Positions 41,864 through 52,219 are shown, counted from the first letter of the stretch. The stretch: 64,000 bases of DNA from Spirochaetota bacterium (GCA_965208615.1 CBDBPB010000008.1:1-64000); one strand, 5' to 3'. Numbers and translations: made by a program. The notes: a model not told the origin generated them from the sequence alone.

Positions 41864-42709
41864 TTGACTATGTTTTCTGTAAAGGTTAACGGAGAACTTA
41901 TTAGCAAAGAAACTGTTAACTATAAATTAAAAAAGTTTATAGACTTGTATAAAAAAAATAACTTCGATAAAAAGATAAATAAACAAAAAATAGAAAATCT
42001 TAAAATAGAACTACTCCAACAGCTAACTGATGAATTATTAATAGTCCAATACGGCAAAAGGAATAATCTTATACCTAGTAATCGTGAGATAGAACTAGAA
42101 CTCTCTAAAATAACTTATAACATAAACAATAAAAATGAGACGGCTAATGTTATTAACGATATTACTAATAAGCTAATTATTTATAAAGTAGTTGAAAACA
42201 GCCTGTCAGACTACATTGACTATGATAAAGCTTTAACTGCGTTATATGAGCAAAATAAACAACATTTTTCTATAGGTAGGGCGGTCAAAGTTAGGCATAT
42301 ATTAATAAAAATAGTATCTGAAGAAGATGCCCTTTTAAAAATAGAGTCGGCTCTTAAAAGAGTAAGGCAGGGGGAAGACTTTGCAGAGGTTGCTAAGGAT
42401 ATATCCGAATGTCAAAGCTCGTTAAGAGGCGGGGATATTGGATATATTACCGCTAATAAAGTTTGTCAAGAAGTGGAGAGTCGTGCATTTGATCTAAAGA
42501 AATATGAAATTAGTGATATTTTTAAAACAGAGTTCGGCTTTCATATAATCCAGGTTTTGGATAAGGTTGAAAATTATATTGCTCCTTTTGAATCAGTAAA
42601 AGAAAAGCTTGCCGAATTTCTTTATAGGGGTGCAAAAAAACAAGTATTAAATACAATTTTGGACTCTCTTAAAGAAAAAGCAGAAATTGAATATATTGAG
42701 TTAGGATAA
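41864..42709 (+). CDS. parvulin-type peptidyl-prolyl isomerase with SurA/PrsA-like helical N-domain
   Basis: VRHILIK, GEDFAEVAKDISEC, GGDIG, TEFGFHII. Confidence 0.85.
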   Translation: MTMFSVKVNGELISKETVNYKLKKFIDLYKKNNFDKKINKQKIENLKIELLQQLTDELLIVQYGKRNNLIPSNREIELELSKITYNINNKNETANVINDITNKLIIYKVVENSLSDYIDYDKALTALYEQNKQHFSIGRAVKVRHILIKIVSEEDALLKIESALKRVRQGEDFAEVAKDISECQSSLRGGDIGYITANKVCQEVESRAFDLKKYEISDIFKTEFGFHIIQVLDKVENYIAPFESVKEKLAEFLYRGAKKQVLNTILDSLKEKAEIEYIELG

Positions 42710-42715
42710 AATATT

Positions 42716-42949
42716 ATGGATAAAAATAAACTAATACAAAATATTCTTGCTTATCAAAAAAAGCTTGTTAAGATTTTAAAGGCTGAAGAACGATTGTCTA
42801 ATATATTCCCCATAAATAAGTTACGCTTAGAAAAACAAACAAGAGCTCGAAATAACGTCATCAATAATATTAATAACGAATTAAAAGTCCTTATCAATAT
42901 GGGAGAGAAGTTTAAACTTAAGCGTACAAAAAAGTTAGAAAAATCTTAG
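42716..42949 (+). CDS. small basic hypothetical protein
   Basis: 77-aa ORF 6 nt after the PPIase stop; no motif. Confidence 0.5.
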   Translation: MDKNKLIQNILAYQKKLVKILKAEERLSNIFPINKLRLEKQTRARNNVINNINNELKVLINMGEKFKLKRTKKLEKS

Positions 42950-42964
42950 GTAGTTTGATAAGCT

Positions 42965-43807
42965 TTAAATTATAAGTAATAACTCTCTAACAACTTTTGC
43001 CGAAATTATACTCGATGCCTTAGATAAGTCATAATCAGGGGATAGCTCTACTACATCGCATCCTACAACATTTTTATTTTTTAATAAATAAATAGCATTT
43101 ATTAACTCCATAAAGGATATGCCTCCTGGTTCAGGAGTCCCTGTACCAGGTAATACCGACGGATCAAGTATATCTAAATCGAGGGTAAGGTAGATTGGAA
43201 CACTATTAGGTATAGCTTTTATAACTTTTTCCATCTTATTTAGGTTAAAGGGATAAAAGGTCTTTTTTCTTTGTCCAAAAGCAAACTCATCTTTTGTACC
43301 ACTCCTCATACCAAAATGATAAATAGTATTTATAGAGTTAATTTCATGTATCCGTCTTAACACTGTAGCGTGGGAGTGCTTTTCACCAAGATAGTTATCT
43401 CTTAAGTCGCAGTGAGCATCAATATGAACTACTACTAAATCGGAATAACATTTAGCATATTTAGTTATAATGGGATAGCTTATAAGATGCTCTCCACCAA
43501 GGGATAAAACCTTCTTACCCTTTTGTAAAAGGTCATTTACCCTAAAACCAATAGTATTAAGTATTTTATGCTTATCCCCAAAAGGCAGGTCTAAATTACC
43601 CAAATCACAAATAGCCTTATCCATAAGATCAAGATCAAGATAAGGTGAATAGCTCTCTAGTACGTCAGATACCCCCCTTATAGAAGATGGAGCAAACCTT
43701 GAACCTGGTCTGTAAGAGGAAGTCCCATCATAAGGACAACCTAAAATAATTATATCAGCCTCTTCAATGGGCCTAGTACAGGTAATAAAATGTGATTGGT
43801 TAGCCAT
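42965..43807 (-). CDS. speB: agmatinase
   Basis: RPGSRFAP, GGEH, DAHCD, DLDILDP, PGTGTPEPGG, VELSP. Confidence 0.92.
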   Translation of the reverse strand: MANQSHFITCTRPIEEADIIILGCPYDGTSSYRPGSRFAPSSIRGVSDVLESYSPYLDLDLMDKAICDLGNLDLPFGDKHKILNTIGFRVNDLLQKGKKVLSLGGEHLISYPIITKYAKCYSDLVVVHIDAHCDLRDNYLGEKHSHATVLRRIHEINSINTIYHFGMRSGTKDEFAFGQRKKTFYPFNLNKMEKVIKAIPNSVPIYLTLDLDILDPSVLPGTGTPEPGGISFMELINAIYLLKNKNVVGCDVVELSPDYDLSKASSIISAKVVRELLLII

Positions 43808-43842
43808 ATGGCATCCCTTTTTAAGGCTTAAAAGATAACCTG

Positions 43843-45138
43843 TTAAGAAAGACCATAAAACTTAGGAAAAATAACAATGGACGCCAATACCAAAAATTGT
43901 ATTACTATAAACATGGTAACCCCTTTATAAATCTGGGTAGTCTTAACATTATCAGGAGCAACCCCCTTTAAGTAAAATAGACTAAATCCAAACGGTGGAG
44001 TTAAAAAAGACGTTTGTAAGTTCATAGCAATTAAAATACCAAACCATAACATGTTTATATCAAGAGCTAAAGCAATAGGATACAATATAGGAACAACAAT
44101 ATATGATATTTCAATAAAATCAACAAAGAATCCCAAAAGCATTATTATAATCATAGAAAAAATAATAAATCCCCACTTTTCGCCTGGTAAAGCTAATAAT
44201 AAATCCTTAACAAGATCATGACCACCAGACTTAGTAAATACTAAAGAAAAAGCAGTAGCACCAACTAAAATAGCAAATACCATACCAGTAATCTTAACAG
44301 TGTCAAGAGCCGTCTCTTTTAACATCTTAAATGAAAACTCCCTATAGAAAAAAGACAAAATAATAGCTCCAACACCACCAACAGCAGCTGACTCAGTAGG
44401 GGTAGCAATACCAGCAAATATAGAACCCAAAACTATAATAATTAAAACTAAAGGAGGTACAATAGCCTTTAATGACTTTATAATAACTACCTTAGTAGTA
44501 TGACTAGTTACGATAGGAGGAGCGTAGTCCTTATTGATATAGGATATTATGACTATATATATAATATATACTATAATTAATAATCCACCAGGTAATACTG
44601 CGGCTTTAAATAGGTCTCCCACTGGTTGGTTAAGAACATCACCCAAAATAATTAGTATAATAGAAGGTGGTATTATTTGACCAAGAGTACCTGAGGCACA
44701 AATAGTCCCACATGCAAGCTCGGTATTATATTTATTTTTTAACATAACAGGTAAGGCAATAATTCCCATAGCTACAACGCTAGCTCCAACCACTCCAGTA
44801 GTAGCGGCTAATAAAGCTCCCACTAATATAGCTGAGATAGCAATACCACCTCTTATAGGACCAAAAAGACTACCCATAGACTCTAATAAACGTTCTGCCA
44901 TCTTTGTTTTTTGTAAAACAATGCCCATAAAAATAAACAAGGGTATTGCCATTAATATCTTGTTCTGCATTAGGCTTTCGTCAATTCTATATGGCATAAG
45001 TGAAAATAAACTAATACTGTCCTCAAGGCCAAATATTATAAACCCAGATAATAAAGCAACCCCAGCAAAAGTGAATGCCACAGGAAAACCAGCCATAAGT
45101 AATATCAAAACAAGTAAAAACATAATTAAACCATACAT
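43843..45138 (-). CDS. dctM: TRAP transporter large permease
   Basis: AIPLFIFMG, ASGTLGQIIPPS, ATPTESAAVG, SFLTPPFG. Confidence 0.92.
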   Translation of the reverse strand: MYGLIMFLLVLILLMAGFPVAFTFAGVALLSGFIIFGLEDSISLFSLMPYRIDESLMQNKILMAIPLFIFMGIVLQKTKMAERLLESMGSLFGPIRGGIAISAILVGALLAATTGVVGASVVAMGIIALPVMLKNKYNTELACGTICASGTLGQIIPPSIILIILGDVLNQPVGDLFKAAVLPGGLLIIVYIIYIVIISYINKDYAPPIVTSHTTKVVIIKSLKAIVPPLVLIIIVLGSIFAGIATPTESAAVGGVGAIILSFFYREFSFKMLKETALDTVKITGMVFAILVGATAFSLVFTKSGGHDLVKDLLLALPGEKWGFIIFSMIIIMLLGFFVDFIEISYIVVPILYPIALALDINMLWFGILIAMNLQTSFLTPPFGFSLFYLKGVAPDNVKTTQIYKGVTMFIVIQFLVLASIVIFPKFYGLS

Positions 45139-45201
45139 ATAATCTCCTATGGGCTTTTGTTAGTATATTAAAATACTATCAAAACTAAACTATGATAAGG
45201 A

Positions 45202-45711
45202 TTACTTCCCTTTGCTAGTCAAGAGAACTCTTAAGCTTCTTAGTGTAAAACCTATTGACGAAAGAATAAGAAATCCAAAAGATAAAACAATAGAGCCCTT
45301 TATTATAAATCTATATGGTAGTCCACCAGGATCACCACTCTCCTCATTTATATTAAAAGAATCTATTGTATAGCTCCAAGAGCCAATTAGAACAGCTATA
45401 CAAAAAGGTATTATGAAAATAGTGATACCTAAAATGTTTAATATGGCTTTTTTCTTAGGGCTAAACTTCTCATATAACATATCTACACGAACATGGCCAT
45501 CCTCCTTTAGAGTATAAGCAATCCCTAATAAGAATACCAGTGAAAATAAATGCCATTCTAACTCCTGCATACCAATTGAGCTGTCATTAAGCACATATCT
45601 CATTATAACATCATAAAAAACATTTAAAAGTAATAATATCATCAAAACAACACATATTAACCCTAATATATCAATTGTTTTATTAATTATTTTTTCTAAA
45701 GTTATAAGCAT
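45202..45711 (-). CDS. dctQ: TRAP transporter small permease
   Basis: DVIMRY, QELEWHLFS, HVRVD; 4 TM. Confidence 0.9.
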   Translation of the reverse strand: MLITLEKIINKTIDILGLICVVLMILLLLNVFYDVIMRYVLNDSSIGMQELEWHLFSLVFLLGIAYTLKEDGHVRVDMLYEKFSPKKKAILNILGITIFIIPFCIAVLIGSWSYTIDSFNINEESGDPGGLPYRFIIKGSIVLSFGFLILSSIGFTLRSLRVLLTSKGK

Positions 45712-45734
45712 AACTAGTCTCCAAACTATATGGC

Positions 45735-45764
45735 ACTAAGCCTAGTGTCTTAACCAGGCTTAGT
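45735..45764 (-). terminator. stem-loop between dctP and dctQ (partial terminator or mRNA stabiliser)
   Basis: Minus strand ACTAAGCCTGGT-TAAGAC-ACTAGGCTTAGT. Confidence 0.65.
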
Positions 45765-45769
45765 AAGTA

Positions 45770-46873
45770 TTAATTACCTTTTAGGTATGCATAGTCAGAA
45801 ATCTCTGTCCACTTTCTAACCTTTTTTAGATAAGCTTGCTTGCTATCAATAATCTTCTTTCCCATAGGGTCTTTAGCAGCATGCTCTTTTAATAACTGTT
45901 TGGTTACCTCTTTAAGCTTTGCTATAATATCAGGAGAAAAAGTTTTTATCTTAACATTTGGATAGTCTTTTTTAATCTTTTCCCAATTAATGCCGTTTTC
46001 ATGCATAGACTGAGATAACATATCATAAGCAGATAGTCTAACCGCTGTTATTAATATTTGCTGTAAGTCAGCTGGTAACTTATCAAAAGCCTTTTTATTG
46101 ATTAAAAACTGAAGTTCAGTTGCAGGCTCATGCCACCCTGTATAATAATAATTAGCAATCTTGTGAAAACCCATAGGTAAGTCATGTGCAGGTCCAACCC
46201 ACTCAAGAGCATCAATTACACCCCTATCAAGAGCTTGATATAACTCACCAGGAGGTATGTTAACAGTCTTTGCACCAATTTTACTAAGTACTTCTCCAGC
46301 AAAACCCGGTATTCTCATTTTAACGTTTTTAAAGTCTTCAAGGGTATTAATCTCTTTTTTAAACCATCCTCCTGGTTGATTACCAGTATTACCACCAGGA
46401 TAAGATAAAAGACCGTGTTTTGAATAAAGCTCTTTCATTAACTCCATACCTCCACCATAATAAAACCACGCATACTGCTCTATGGCTATCATACCAAAAG
46501 GTACAGTTGTGAAAAATAGAGTATTAAAGTCTTTTCCTTTCCAATAATATGATGCGGCATGACCCATTTGATAGTTACCACTTTTTACAAAGTCAAAAAT
46601 ACCAAAAGGTGCCTTGTGTATGTTAGAAGGGTCAATATCTATTATTAGTCTGCCGTTAGACATACTTTTAACCATCTTTGCCATATTCTTTGGTATATCA
46701 CTAAATATTGGAAAGTTGGCCCCCCATGTTTGAGCAAGCTTCCATTTATATACTTTTTGATTAGTCTTTTGATTGTCCATAGCCTTAATGGAACTAGGCT
46801 TAGCACAAGCTATAAAAAACATACAAATAAAAAGTGATATTATTATACTTTTTACCACTCTTTCTTTATTCAT
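45770..46873 (-). CDS. dctP: TRAP substrate-binding lipoprotein (TakP/2-oxoacid-binding subfamily)
   Basis: Lipobox IAC, SYYWKGK, GGNTGNQ.GGWF, KMRIPG, EWVGP, GWHEP. Confidence 0.88.
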   Translation of the reverse strand: MNKERVVKSIIISLFICMFFIACAKPSSIKAMDNQKTNQKVYKWKLAQTWGANFPIFSDIPKNMAKMVKSMSNGRLIIDIDPSNIHKAPFGIFDFVKSGNYQMGHAASYYWKGKDFNTLFFTTVPFGMIAIEQYAWFYYGGGMELMKELYSKHGLLSYPGGNTGNQPGGWFKKEINTLEDFKNVKMRIPGFAGEVLSKIGAKTVNIPPGELYQALDRGVIDALEWVGPAHDLPMGFHKIANYYYTGWHEPATELQFLINKKAFDKLPADLQQILITAVRLSAYDMLSQSMHENGINWEKIKKDYPNVKIKTFSPDIIAKLKEVTKQLLKEHAAKDPMGKKIIDSKQAYLKKVRKWTEISDYAYLKGN

Positions 46874-47011
46874 CTAACTTCTCCTTAAAATACTTATTTT
46901 TTGAATTATCTTAATGATAAAAAATATACTAATATTTATTTTTTAATGTAAAAAAAAACTTTTTTATTTATCTTCTAACTTTTTGCAATAAAGGTTCTTA
47001 TATAATGGCAT

Positions 47012-47042
47012 AAAAAAAGAGAAGCCTTATTAGACTTCTCTT
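47012..47042 (-). terminator. intrinsic terminator of beta-helix paralogue 2
   Basis: Minus strand AAGAGAAG-TCTAATAAGG-CTTCTCTT followed by a T run. Confidence 0.7.
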
Positions 47043-47086
47043 AATCCACTTACAAAGCTAATGCTATGTAAATATACTTATTCAGT

Positions 47087-49249
47087 TTAAGATCGAGTTA
47101 ACTCAAGGTCTGACTGTACATAGCCAAAATCTGACGGAAAACAAACCTTACATTCATTGATCTTAATAACCTTTTTATTCATATCATCACCTGTTTCATA
47201 GATAGGAGTACCTATTATTTTTGTGTTATACCTAAAGCTCAAAATAGCCCCACCTTCGCCTAGTTGACTCTTAGCAATGCTACCAGCAATGTTTTTCTTA
47301 AAGCTAACATTTGTTAAAAACGTTAGAGTACCTTCAACATTACGCATTCCCCCTCCCCAAGCAGCCATATTACTATTAAAACTAACATTTTTTAATGTTG
47401 AGGTACACTTCCAATTATCCATTCCCCCTCCATGATAAGCCTCATTACTATTAAAATTAACATTTGTTAATGTTAGAGTGCTGTTATAACTACTCATACC
47501 TCCTCCATTACCATCATAATAAGCCTTATTACTATTAAAATTAACATTTGTTAACGTTATAGTGACACCAATATTATACATTCCCCCACCATTAGCATCA
47601 TTAACCTTATTGCTATTAAAATTAACTTTTGTTAACGTTATAGTTCCACCAGTATTATACATTCCTCCTCCCCAATCAGCCGAGTTTTCACTAAACATAA
47701 CATCTTCTAACTTTGGAGATGCATGCAGATTATTTATTCCCCCTCCCTTAGAAGCCGTATTACTAGTAAAGCTAATGTTTTTTAAGATAGGGCTACTATT
47801 ATGATTATACATTCCCCCTCCCCAATCAGCCGAGTTTTCACTAAACATAACATCTTCTAACTTTGGAGATGCATGCAGATTATTTATTCCCCCTCCCTTA
47901 GAAGCCGTATTACTAGTAAAGCTAATGTTTTTTAAGATAGGGCTACTATTATGATTATACATCCCTCCTCCATTACCATTAGCCGTATTACTAGTAAAGG
48001 TCAGATTATTTAACGTTGGAGAGCTATTATAACTATACATTGCCCCACCATTACCATTAGCCGTATTACTAGTAAAGGTCAGATTATTTAACGTTGGAGA
48101 GCTATTATAACTATACATTCCCCCACCATCACCATTAGCCGTATTACTAGTAAAACTAACATTATTTAACTTAGGCGAGCTATTATGATTATACATTCCC
48201 CCACCATTTTTATTAGCCATATTACTCTTAAACCTAGAGCTTTCTATCTTTAGAGAGCTATTATTGTTAATCATTCCCCCTCCTCCAAGCTTAGCCATAT
48301 TACTATTAAAACTAATGTTTGCTAATATAAGACTACTATTATAATTATACATCCCCCCTCCATAAAGGCTAACAGTATTATTAGTAAAAACACAGTCTAT
48401 TAACCTTGTAGTGCTATACTTATTATACATTGCCCCACCATTTCTATCAGCCGTATTATCATCAAACTTACAGTTGACTAACATAGGGCTACTTTTATCC
48501 GCATTAAACATCGCCCCACCACTATCACTAGCTTTGTTATTTTTAAAGTTAACCCTAATTAAAGTGGGTTTGCTATTACTATTATACATTGCCCCACCGT
48601 ATTTTGTTGCCTCATTATTGTTAAAGTTAACGCTTATTAAACTTGGAGAACTATTAACATTATACATCCCCCCACCACTATCTTTAGTACCATCAGCCTT
48701 ACCCTTAGTAATTGTAACATACTTTAACTTTGCCGTTTTATTTAAGTCTTTATTATAAAAAACATTAAAAACCCTTGTATTACCAATATCACCAGTTAAA
48801 ATAGTCTTAGTAGGGTTTTTATCACGCTTATCACCATCAGCGGTATATCCGCCAAGAACAACTACACCATTCCTTAGTGAAAAGTGCTTATTACGTTCAC
48901 CACTACCACCATTAGGCCAACTAGTAGGCCTATAAGTACCTTTAGCAACATATACTATTTTTCCATACTTTTTAGCAGTATCAATAGCCTTTTGAAGATC
49001 GTTAAAAGCACTAAGCCAACTCTTACCATCTCCACCAGCTTTAGCATTAGCCCTTACATGAACTCCCCATCGTATATAACCCTTTACCTCAGTAGCTGAA
49101 GAGCTAAGCTTTGCACTTTTTATAGTGCTATTATGCTTATTACCCAAAGCATTATCAATCGCATTATTGTCTCCACAGCTAGCTATAAAAAGAAAACTAA
49201 CTGATAAAACCATTACTAAAACTCTTAAGTAACATTTAGTTAATAACAT
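47087..49249 (-). CDS. right-handed beta-helix lipoprotein with Pmp-like repeats (paralogue 2)
   Basis: ATG at 49249 after AGGGGG SD, lipobox FIASC, about 18-19 FxxNxA..GG(G/A)MYN repeats; N- and C-caps shared with 33907..35220. Confidence 0.82.
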   Translation of the reverse strand: MLLTKCYLRVLVMVLSVSFLFIASCGDNNAIDNALGNKHNSTIKSAKLSSSATEVKGYIRWGVHVRANAKAGGDGKSWLSAFNDLQKAIDTAKKYGKIVYVAKGTYRPTSWPNGGSGERNKHFSLRNGVVVLGGYTADGDKRDKNPTKTILTGDIGNTRVFNVFYNKDLNKTAKLKYVTITKGKADGTKDSGGGMYNVNSSPSLISVNFNNNEATKYGGAMYNSNSKPTLIRVNFKNNKASDSGGAMFNADKSSPMLVNCKFDDNTADRNGGAMYNKYSTTRLIDCVFTNNTVSLYGGGMYNYNSSLILANISFNSNMAKLGGGGMINNNSSLKIESSRFKSNMANKNGGGMYNHNSSPKLNNVSFTSNTANGDGGGMYSYNSSPTLNNLTFTSNTANGNGGAMYSYNSSPTLNNLTFTSNTANGNGGGMYNHNSSPILKNISFTSNTASKGGGINNLHASPKLEDVMFSENSADWGGGMYNHNSSPILKNISFTSNTASKGGGINNLHASPKLEDVMFSENSADWGGGMYNTGGTITLTKVNFNSNKVNDANGGGMYNIGVTITLTNVNFNSNKAYYDGNGGGMSSYNSTLTLTNVNFNSNEAYHGGGMDNWKCTSTLKNVSFNSNMAAWGGGMRNVEGTLTFLTNVSFKKNIAGSIAKSQLGEGGAILSFRYNTKIIGTPIYETGDDMNKKVIKINECKVCFPSDFGYVQSDLELTRS
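47654..47970. repeat. near-perfect 150-bp tandem duplication inside the beta-helix gene
   Basis: cccaatcagccgagttttca... starts at 47671 and 47821; the copies are identical over about 145 nt. Confidence 0.9.
47970..48153. repeat. 78-bp tandem repeat (about 2.3 copies) inside the beta-helix gene
   Basis: cattaccattagccgtattactagtaaaggtcag... at 47971 and 48049, with a partial third copy. Confidence 0.88.
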
Positions 49250-49440
49250 AAAATCCCCCTTTATAATAATTTTATTATAAATAATTGTATTGTTTTGTCT
49301 ATAAATAGATAGGGTTAATATAATGCTAAAATGGAAAATAACTAAGCTAATTATAACTTTTTTTTTATAAAAAAAATGCTTTATCAAAACAAAATATGTT
49401 TAGCTTAAAATATGGGAATAGCCTATTCAGCGTATATAAC

Positions 49441-49469
49441 TTGACTCTTTTATAAATTAGTATTACATT
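49441..49469 (+). promoter_or_regulatory. sigma70-type promoter for nadE
   Basis: TTGACT-17 nt-TACATT ending 8 nt before the ATG. Confidence 0.5.
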
Positions 49470-49477
49470 AAACCAAC

Positions 49478-51187
49478 ATGAATAAGCTTATAAAAGTCGG
49501 ACTCGGTCAAGTTAATCCCACCATAGCAGACGTTGTTGGTAATACAGAAAAAGTCATAGAGTATTTAATAAAAGGCAAAGATCAAAACCTTGATATACTC
49601 GCCTTTCCTGAATTAGTTACCATTGGATATCCTGCTCAAGACCTGCTCTTTAGGCCAGAGATTATAGAAGCTAACATAACCGCCCTTAATAAAATCGCAC
49701 CCCATACAAAAGACTATATGGCTGTGGTTTTGGGATACTGTCAACCGGCTTATGATAAGTCCAAATGGCGGATAGATAGACAACATCTTTATAACGCCTA
49801 TTGCGTTTTTAGCTACGGACAAATAATCGGCAGAGGCTTTAAAATATGCTTGCCAGCCTATGGCGTATTCGATGACTTTAGATACTTTATACCCGGTAAA
49901 CAAGTAAATATATTTGAGGTTAATAATATTAAGTTTGGCGTTGAGATATGCGAAGACCTTTGGTACAAAAATGATGACGATGACCATCCAATATATCCCT
50001 GTAGGCCTACTAAAACTATAGCCAATAAAGGGGCTGACCTTATATTAGTACTAAATGCATCCCCTTATCACGTTGGGAAAGAACTACATAAAGAAAATAT
50101 GATAAGAGAACAGGCAAATAAAAATAGTATACCCATATTCTACGTTAATATGTGGGGCGGTAATGATAAAATAATATTCGATGGTAACAGTATGGCCTCA
50201 GATAAACACGGTAATATATTTGCAAGAGCTAAATCCTTTAACGATGACCTCCTAATATGCGAACTTAATATAAAAACCAAAACTTCAAAACATATACCTG
50301 CTAAACTATGTTCTAAAGAAGAGAGTATATATAATGCCCTTATAACCGGTAAAAGGGACTATCATAAAAAATGCTCCATTATGAAATCAGTAGTAGGCAT
50401 ATCAGGAGGGATAGACTCAGCAACAGTATTAGCCATAGACGTAAAAGCCCTTGGTAAAAATAATGTTTTGGCAATAATAAGTCCATCAAGATATTCGTCA
50501 AAAGAGTCCTTCGATGACGCTGTTAGACTATGTAAAAACTTTGAAGTTAAATATTTAGTAATCCCAATAGAAGAAAATGATAATAATCAATGGATAGGTG
50601 CAATCCCTGAAAAATATAAACGCTATATAAAATACTTTGATAAACCCACTAATAACGTTGTATTCGAAAACATACAGGCCATAGATAGAATGAGTATATT
50701 AAGAGCCATTGCCAATGAGGAAAATAGACTAATATCAGGCACAGGTAATAAATCAGAACTGGCTATGGGATATGCAACCATATGTGGTGACCTTCAAGCG
50801 GATATATTGGTAATAGGTGATCTGTATAAACAGCAGGTCTTTGCTCTAGCAAAGTATATAAACGCTTTATACAAAAAGGATATGATCCCCAAAACTATTA
50901 TAGAAAGAATACCATCAGCTGAACTTAGCAAAAACCAGATAGACCCATTCGATTATAAACAAATAGATGAGATAATACGTCTCAAAATAGAGGAGTATAT
51001 ACCCGATAGTCAAGTTATAGAAAAGTCGTCTATCCCCCTTACAAACGAGGAAGTACAAAAATACTCCCGCCTTATTGACCTTAACGAACATAAACGATTT
51101 AAATCTGGATATATATTAAAAATAAGCCCAGTTGCCTTTGGCGAAGATAGACGAATTAATACCGCTAAAAAGGTAAATCTATGGTAA
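49478..51187 (+). CDS. nadE: glutamine-dependent NAD+ synthetase
   Basis: Nitrilase domain FPEL / K..LP.YGVFD / ICEDLW; synthetase GISGGIDS, ENIQA, TGNKSE, PSAEL. Confidence 0.93.
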   Translation: MNKLIKVGLGQVNPTIADVVGNTEKVIEYLIKGKDQNLDILAFPELVTIGYPAQDLLFRPEIIEANITALNKIAPHTKDYMAVVLGYCQPAYDKSKWRIDRQHLYNAYCVFSYGQIIGRGFKICLPAYGVFDDFRYFIPGKQVNIFEVNNIKFGVEICEDLWYKNDDDDHPIYPCRPTKTIANKGADLILVLNASPYHVGKELHKENMIREQANKNSIPIFYVNMWGGNDKIIFDGNSMASDKHGNIFARAKSFNDDLLICELNIKTKTSKHIPAKLCSKEESIYNALITGKRDYHKKCSIMKSVVGISGGIDSATVLAIDVKALGKNNVLAIISPSRYSSKESFDDAVRLCKNFEVKYLVIPIEENDNNQWIGAIPEKYKRYIKYFDKPTNNVVFENIQAIDRMSILRAIANEENRLISGTGNKSELAMGYATICGDLQADILVIGDLYKQQVFALAKYINALYKKDMIPKTIIERIPSAELSKNQIDPFDYKQIDEIIRLKIEEYIPDSQVIEKSSIPLTNEEVQKYSRLIDLNEHKRFKSGYILKISPVAFGEDRRINTAKKVNLW

Positions 51188-51254
51188 AATTATTGTCGTA
51201 AGCAAAAAATAAGTAAAAGAACTTAGACTTTACTTACAACTAAAATTGATAGTA

Positions 51255-51866
51255 TTAACTGCTTTCTTCTTTTTTAGTAAGCTCACCATAAATATAAGAC
51301 ATTACTGCAATATTTATAGAAAATAAACCTAAATAGCCAATAAAGCCAATTAATCCAGCTAAAGTGATAGATAGAAGACTAAAAACCCCTGCTAATATAC
51401 CTATCACTATGATACCCACTAAGGATACTAAAAGTAGACTTAAAAAGATTGTCCACTTTTTACCGTAAGTAAGCTTATTACTAAGAGTCATAGCCTCAAT
51501 AGGGTTTATATTTCTATCAACTAAAAGTGGTAGGGATAATAACCAAGCTATGGCAATTACATAACCAGGTATAATAAAAAACATAAATCCACAAACAATC
51601 CCAGCCACCATTAATCCCCATAATAGGAATATCTCACCCATATTTTTTCTGTACTTAGCGTCAAATATCTCAATAGGAGATATTATGTTACCCTTGCTAA
51701 GCTCAACTATTAACCCACCAAATATTGCTATGGTAGTTCCTATATTGATATAGGGTATCCAGATGGTTAATAGCCATAAAACAATTGCACCTATAATAGA
51801 TGGAGCATTCTTTAAACCTAATTTAATCGAGTTGATAATTATCCCATTAACTGTTAATTCATTCAT
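51255..51866 (-). CDS. hypothetical integral membrane protein (DUF975-like)
   Basis: About 5 TM segments; FIIPG..I...W...P.L......IEA...S..LT.G.KW pattern. Confidence 0.65.
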   Translation of the reverse strand: MNELTVNGIIINSIKLGLKNAPSIIGAIVLWLLTIWIPYINIGTTIAIFGGLIVELSKGNIISPIEIFDAKYRKNMGEIFLLWGLMVAGIVCGFMFFIIPGYVIAIAWLLSLPLLVDRNINPIEAMTLSNKLTYGKKWTIFLSLLLVSLVGIIVIGILAGVFSLLSITLAGLIGFIGYLGLFSINIAVMSYIYGELTKKEESS

Positions 51867-52098
51867 ATTCTTTCTCCTATTAGAACAAATAATTGATTAA
51901 TAATTATGTATCTAATTTAATAACTTTTCAGCCACATGACTAATACTTTTTATTAATACCGAGTTAAATAATTATAAAATAGAATTGTATTCAAATCACA
52001 TTAATTATAACTATATTAATTTATTCATATTAATATAATCAGCTATAACTTCTGTCCTGCCTATATAATAAACGATATTGCATATATATTCACTTTAT

Positions 52099-52127
52099 TT
52101 GACCATAAGTTAATTTTTATTTAAATT
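52099..52127 (+). promoter_or_regulatory. sigma70-type promoter upstream of the kdsA-like gene
   Basis: TTGACC-17 nt-TAAATT. Confidence 0.4.
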
Positions 52128-52219
52128 TTTAATATTACTATATATTTTAATTTTGTATAATATATAACAAATAAGTATTTACTAAGAGCGTACTTTATGA
52201 CAAAAATAAGGAGATTTAA

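Noticed and set aside
47654-48153. Tandem repeats considered as a CRISPR array
   Set aside because: No unique spacers, unit lengths are multiples of 3 inside a CDS, and no cas genes are present.
49250-49387. 46-codon N-terminal extension of beta-helix gene 2 in the ORF track
   Set aside because: ATG at 49249 has a strong SD and yields a normal lipoprotein signal; the extension is AT-rich intergenic DNA.
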